Below are positions 60,053 to 64,000 of a stretch of DNA of 64,000 bases, piece after piece. Source of the DNA: an uncultured Poribacteria bacterium (GTDB lineage: Bacteria; Poribacteria; WGA-4E; WGA-3G); the NCBI GenBank assembly GCA_958296135.2, contig CATQHZ020000001.1, positions 4,832,001 to 4,896,000 of the forward strand, read 5' to 3'. Made by a program: the position numbers and the translations under genes. A model generated the notes under the pieces. It worked only from the letters and a program-made list of their open reading frames with translations. It was not told the origin of the DNA and searched no databases. Each line of letters begins with the position of its first letter. Positions within the stretch are counted from its first letter, which is position 1.

Positions 60053-61246
60053 TCATTTTGCCCAGAGAGGCAGCAGCACCCTCGTTAACTTCGCGAGGCT
60101 CTCCAAATTGTGCGCCGGGAGAAAATAATCTACGTAAGGCAACGCCGTGCGGATGCCTCGACAAATCGGTTGATACCCCTCACTGCCGAGCAACGGATTG
60201 AGCCATATCAGCCGATGGGCATGCCGGTGGAGCATCTCCATCGCGCGGCGGAGCACCGCCGCATCGCCCCTATCCCAGCCATCGCTGATAAGAATGACAA
60301 CTGAACGGTAAGCAGAGAACGAAGGCGCGAACTGCCGATAAAACGCCAGCAGACTTTCGCCTATTTTCGTCCCACCAGCCCAGTCCTGCACGATGTTTGC
60401 TACCTCATTCAACCCCTCCGCTAATCCCTTGCGGCGGAGGAGTCCGGTGATGTTCGTCAAGTGCGTGCTGAAGACTGCCACCTCCACCTCTCGCAGTTCC
60501 TGTTGCATCCCGTAGATAAATTGGATGAGGAACTTGGCGTAGCAATCCATGGAGCCGCTCACGTCGCAGAGCAGGAGGATTTTCGTCTTTTTAATTTTCT
60601 GCCGTCTCCGAATGAGTTCCAGCGGTTCACCGCCGTGTGCGAGGTTTTTTCGCCAACTTTGCCGGAAATCGATCGTGTGTCCTTTGCCGCCTGTCACCTT
60701 TCTGCGGCTCAGTTTTGTGGCGAGGAGAGCCGCCAATTTGGCGATAATCTCCCGCGCCGCCTCCATATCCGCCTCCGTGAAATCGCTAAAATCCTTCCGA
60801 GTTAGCACTTCCTCCGCGCTATAAGCGATAGCATCCTCGTCTGTCCCTTCTTCGTCCGAGTCTTCCTCGAAATCAAGCCATTGCTCAATGATGTTCTCTT
60901 CGTCGGCTTCGTCGGCGAGCTCTTGCAGGGATAGCGGTTCGGGTGCTTCGCCTTCGGTATCGACAGCTTGGAATTCGGGGCGTGGGTATCGCCAGAAGAG
61001 GTTGAACGCCGTGTCAAACGTCTCCCGGTCAGCCGCTGTCGCGATGAGGTTCGTGCGCGCCGCGTGATAAAACGCCTCACGCTGGCTGATGTCAATCAGC
61101 GGCACGCTCCTGCACCAGCTGAGTTGATTGGTGGTGCTGACGTTCACGCCCATCTGGCGTAGCAGGCGGCAGAAGTCAGTGATTTGTTGGAGGAGAACCC
61201 GGTGTTCCCAGCTCTCTGATTGTAGAAGAGTGTGCTGATTGCTCAT
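60053..61246 (-). CDS. CoxE-type vWA domain protein
   Basis: DVSGSM, FSTHL, WAGGTKIG, SDGWD and WLNPL motifs. Confidence 0.9.
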   Translation of the reverse strand: MSNQHTLLQSESWEHRVLLQQITDFCRLLRQMGVNVSTTNQLSWCRSVPLIDISQREAFYHAARTNLIATAADRETFDTAFNLFWRYPRPEFQAVDTEGEAPEPLSLQELADEADEENIIEQWLDFEEDSDEEGTDEDAIAYSAEEVLTRKDFSDFTEADMEAAREIIAKLAALLATKLSRRKVTGGKGHTIDFRQSWRKNLAHGGEPLELIRRRQKIKKTKILLLCDVSGSMDCYAKFLIQFIYGMQQELREVEVAVFSTHLTNITGLLRRKGLAEGLNEVANIVQDWAGGTKIGESLLAFYRQFAPSFSAYRSVVILISDGWDRGDAAVLRRAMEMLHRHAHRLIWLNPLLGSEGYQPICRGIRTALPYVDYFLPAHNLESLAKLTRVLLPLWAK

Positions 61247-62187
61247 CGGCTGGCTCCCCGTTTTTCTACGCACGCGACGAACTTATCTAACTGTTCAGAG
61301 ACGCTGTCAAACATCGTGCAGACCTGCCTCGCGTTCCTTAATGTTTTTTTACGCTTAATCTCAAAGAGATAACTATTATTGAACCGGTGGCGAAACCTTA
61401 AAATCGGATGCAATTTTTCAGCAGTTTCCGGCGAGATTACCGGTGGACGGGACAGGTGTGCTTGCGTCATTTGCACCAGCAAGGCTTTCTGCCAATCTTC
61501 TCCTTTCGGCACACGCCCATCAATTTCCCGAGCGACGCGCCGGAAGATATTCTCCAGTCCCGAGTAGAAACGAGAAATACTGAGGGCAATCATGCCGACA
61601 GACTCTGTCCTGTATTGAACAGGAATCTCTTCTATATTTTCGAGACATTTCATCTGAGTGACAGCTCGTTCCATTTTCGCGCGTTCATCGGCGATGCGCT
61701 GGAGCAGTTTTCGCCGACTCACTTCGTAGGGTGCCTCCGGTGTCATCAGGTGGGATTTCCACATCTCCGTAGAACCTGTTTCCCCGATTTGAATCGGCAC
61801 CGCTTGGCTCTCTATCCGCTCGCGGAAACGCCCTTTACAACTGTCGAAATCGACGAGATCTACCTTGAACTCGGGGCTCAAATAGTAGACATCGTAAGCC
61901 GCCCTCAGATACGCGCTATTGGAAAGCCCCCAGACGGCGATGTCAATATCCGACCCTTTGGAGAACCAATCGCGCTCGGCGAGCGAACCGAACACTGCAA
62001 CGCGCGTCGCACCGAAGTCTTCATAAAGCATCGCCGCCACCCGATACGCTGTCTGCCACGCACGCTGCAGCAACGCCTCATCCACTTGCCGAGAGCGAAA
62101 GTGTGCGTCAAGACGTTCGCGGTATGCCGCCAGTTCCGCCGGCGATAACTCTTTCGCAGTGCGATGAGTATCTGTTGATTGATGCAT
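61243..62187 (-). CDS. Fused minimal nucleotidyltransferase and HEPN (MntA-HepT-like) protein
   Basis: FGSLA..SDID motif; FYSGLENIF and RFRH..Y in the HEPN part. Confidence 0.82.
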   Translation of the reverse strand: MHQSTDTHRTAKELSPAELAAYRERLDAHFRSRQVDEALLQRAWQTAYRVAAMLYEDFGATRVAVFGSLAERDWFSKGSDIDIAVWGLSNSAYLRAAYDVYYLSPEFKVDLVDFDSCKGRFRERIESQAVPIQIGETGSTEMWKSHLMTPEAPYEVSRRKLLQRIADERAKMERAVTQMKCLENIEEIPVQYRTESVGMIALSISRFYSGLENIFRRVAREIDGRVPKGEDWQKALLVQMTQAHLSRPPVISPETAEKLHPILRFRHRFNNSYLFEIKRKKTLRNARQVCTMFDSVSEQLDKFVACVEKRGASR

Positions 62188-62373
62188 GGTAAAAATCTCC
62201 TTGGAAAATAGGATACCATGAAAACGGTTGGAAATGCAAGAAAAAAAGAGAGGCTCGCAGCGTTGCGAGCCCCTCTATCGGGACCAGCGGAGATATACAG
62301 AGACCTTTAATTGTCCTGTATCTGTGTTGCGAGCCCCTTTATCGGGCCCCGAGGTCTTTCCTACTGGGCCCGG

Positions 62374-62610
62374 CTATGCCGGCAGCGCGCGGAATTTTCC
62401 TGCCACTTTCACAACGACAGGAAATCCCTCAAAAGTCGTTTCACTTTTGAGTCTCCGCGTGATAGGAGAATCGGCATCTGCTACGTAGGCATGCAACGCG
62501 TCGGAATCCGCGATGCGGCCGATGCCTATGCCGACGAAACCTTCTTCGGAACGATAACGTGCTCCGAAGTGTTTCTTTGCCTCAAAAATCGCTTTCATAA
62601 GGCTACCCAT
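62374..62610 (-). CDS. Small protein, copy 2 (protease prodomain-like)
   Basis: Highly similar to 63047-63292. Confidence 0.7.
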   Translation of the reverse strand: MGSLMKAIFEAKKHFGARYRSEEGFVGIGIGRIADSDALHAYVADADSPITRRLKSETTFEGFPVVVKVAGKFRALPA

Positions 62611-62911
62611 TTGTCAAGGGCTTAGGGACTGCGTGCTCTTGTAGGTAATCCACCAGCGATTGCGCGGAGGCCGGAAGCGTCGCATCATCATAGATGACAG
62701 AGATTGCCAAGTCATCACCCTCAATCGTGATGCGGTACTGCTGGAGATCCCGGCCCGACTTAGAGAAAAACTCTCCCGAGGTCGAAATCCCACTTGCATT
62801 AGCGATTTGCTCCAATTCTTGGGCCGTGTCCGGGGCAAGCCCTTCGGTATCAAGTTCACACGCCTTGAGCATCCCCATAAAACCGCCTGACTGAACAAAA
62901 CTGATTTTCAT
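62603..62911 (-). CDS. Emfourin-like (protealysin/M4) protease inhibitor
   Basis: I.F..SGGF.G...LDT..L...D..QY.ITI...V..DD..P pattern. Confidence 0.8.
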   Translation of the reverse strand: MKISFVQSGGFMGMLKACELDTEGLAPDTAQELEQIANASGISTSGEFFSKSGRDLQQYRITIEGDDLAISVIYDDATLPASAQSLVDYLQEHAVPKPLTNG

Positions 62912-63046
62912 TCGCTTCCCTCCGCATATACACAGGATATCCGTCTCCTGTAGGTGCGCGCTCACGGTCGCGAGGCTTTCTAGCGCAGACCGCGGCTTTT
63001 CAAAAAGCGCGAGGTTCGCCGCTTGCGAGCCCCTCTATTGGCCGGG

Positions 63047-63292
63047 TTATGCAGGAAGCGCGCGCACCTTTCCCATCACTTCCACAACGATAGGAAATCC
63101 CTCAAAAGTCGCTTCACTTTTGAGTTTCTGCGCGACGGGAGAATCGGCTCCTGCCACATAAACCCGCAAAGCCTCGGAATTTGCGGCGCGGCCAATGCCT
63201 ACGCCGACAAAACCTTCTTCGGAACGATAACGTGCTCCGAAGTGTTTCTTTGCCTCAAAAATCGTTTTCATGACTTTATTCCTCTTGTCCAA
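63047..63292 (-). CDS. Small protein, copy 1 (protease prodomain-like)
   Basis: FVGVGIG...LRVYV...PIVVEVMGKVRAL; overlaps the protease stop. Confidence 0.7.
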   Translation of the reverse strand: MDKRNKVMKTIFEAKKHFGARYRSEEGFVGVGIGRAANSEALRVYVAGADSPVAQKLKSEATFEGFPIVVEVMGKVRALPA

Positions 63293-63998
63293 CGACAGTT
63301 ACGCCGTAGTGTTGGAGAACTAGCTTTATGGGATTTGCGATAGTTATCTCGCCATCCTCTGATCCAGCAAAGAGCAAGGCAACCGGATCACGTGTCTCAG
63401 CATCCACAATGAGTGAACCAGAGTCACCACTTTGGGAGAAGAAACCTGAAGAACCCTTGTTCTTTACCACAATCTGGTTTTCAAACCATGCCCGAAGGTT
63501 TTGAGTACCGTCCCCATAATTTACCCAGAAGTCCCCGCTAATATCCGATACGACACCGGTCGTGTGCCCTGTTGTTCGACCATACTTTCGGACGGTTTGA
63601 CCCTCCATGGCCGTTCGCGGCGTAGAGTTAAGTCTTCCAATATCAATAATCTCTGGTGAGACGACATCTTGGTTACAGTCTCCAACCAATGCTATCGCTG
63701 CATCGATATCGTTAGACCTTCCGGTGAAATTAATCTCTTGGTACGGTTCAAGAGTCGCAATCCTATCATCAGGGAGCGTTCCACCATCCGCTGAGCCGGG
63801 TTGAATCACCGGATCCCCTTCTCTCGCGGCATTACTGTTAGCCAACACATGGTTGTTACTCAAGATGTAGTGATTCCCATCTCTTTCAACAAGGCACCCG
63901 AGTGTTCCTGCCGTAACGTCTGGGTGTCCAGCAGAAACACCACATGGAGTCGGACGGTGTAGATCTCGGTAAGCAACAATCTGACCTACTGCGACAAC
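63276..63998 (-). CDS. Trypsin-like (S1, Nal1-like) serine protease (5' end outside the window)
   Basis: AGTLGC, LSNNHV, IDAA, GRTTG and GDSGS triad motifs; frame open to the window edge. Confidence 0.9.
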   Translation of the reverse strand, partial: VVAVGQIVAYRDLHRPTPCGVSAGHPDVTAGTLGCLVERDGNHYILSNNHVLANSNAAREGDPVIQPGSADGGTLPDDRIATLEPYQEINFTGRSNDIDAAIALVGDCNQDVVSPEIIDIGRLNSTPRTAMEGQTVRKYGRTTGHTTGVVSDISGDFWVNYGDGTQNLRAWFENQIVVKNKGSSGFFSQSGDSGSLIVDAETRDPVALLFAGSEDGEITIANPIKLVLQHYGVTVVGQEE

Positions 63999-64000
63999 AT

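Noticed and set aside
1-64000. tRNA or rRNA genes
   Set aside because: None recognised by eye; a tRNAscan or Infernal run would be needed to exclude them

Overview
Bacterial chromosomal window read with the standard code (TGA ends many genes). A C-terminal PVEPQGKLATRWADIK motif and the gene repertoire suggest Candidatus Poribacteria (inference). It contains housekeeping genes (moeA, moaB, truA, tsaC, tsaD, murQ), an IS607 element with a pro-Fanzor-like TnpB, an array of TPR lipoprotein cassettes, two protease modules with stand-alone prodomain-like partners, orphan antitoxins and many GTAG-type REP palindromes, several lying in frame inside genes. The best candidate for a new system is at 50.6-56.2 kb. 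A Cys-rich leader peptide ending in RGPP has codons that base-pair with the next gene's Shine-Dalgarno. It precedes a His-rich periplasmic protein, an exported beta-barrel-like protein with two in-frame TGA codons (UxxU, probable double selenocysteine), an FMN-binding-like protein and a Cyc2-like cytochrome-porin fusion. A second probable selenoprotein, a rhodanese with TGA at its catalytic position, lies at 850-1680. All calls come from reading motifs by eye; no database searches were run.
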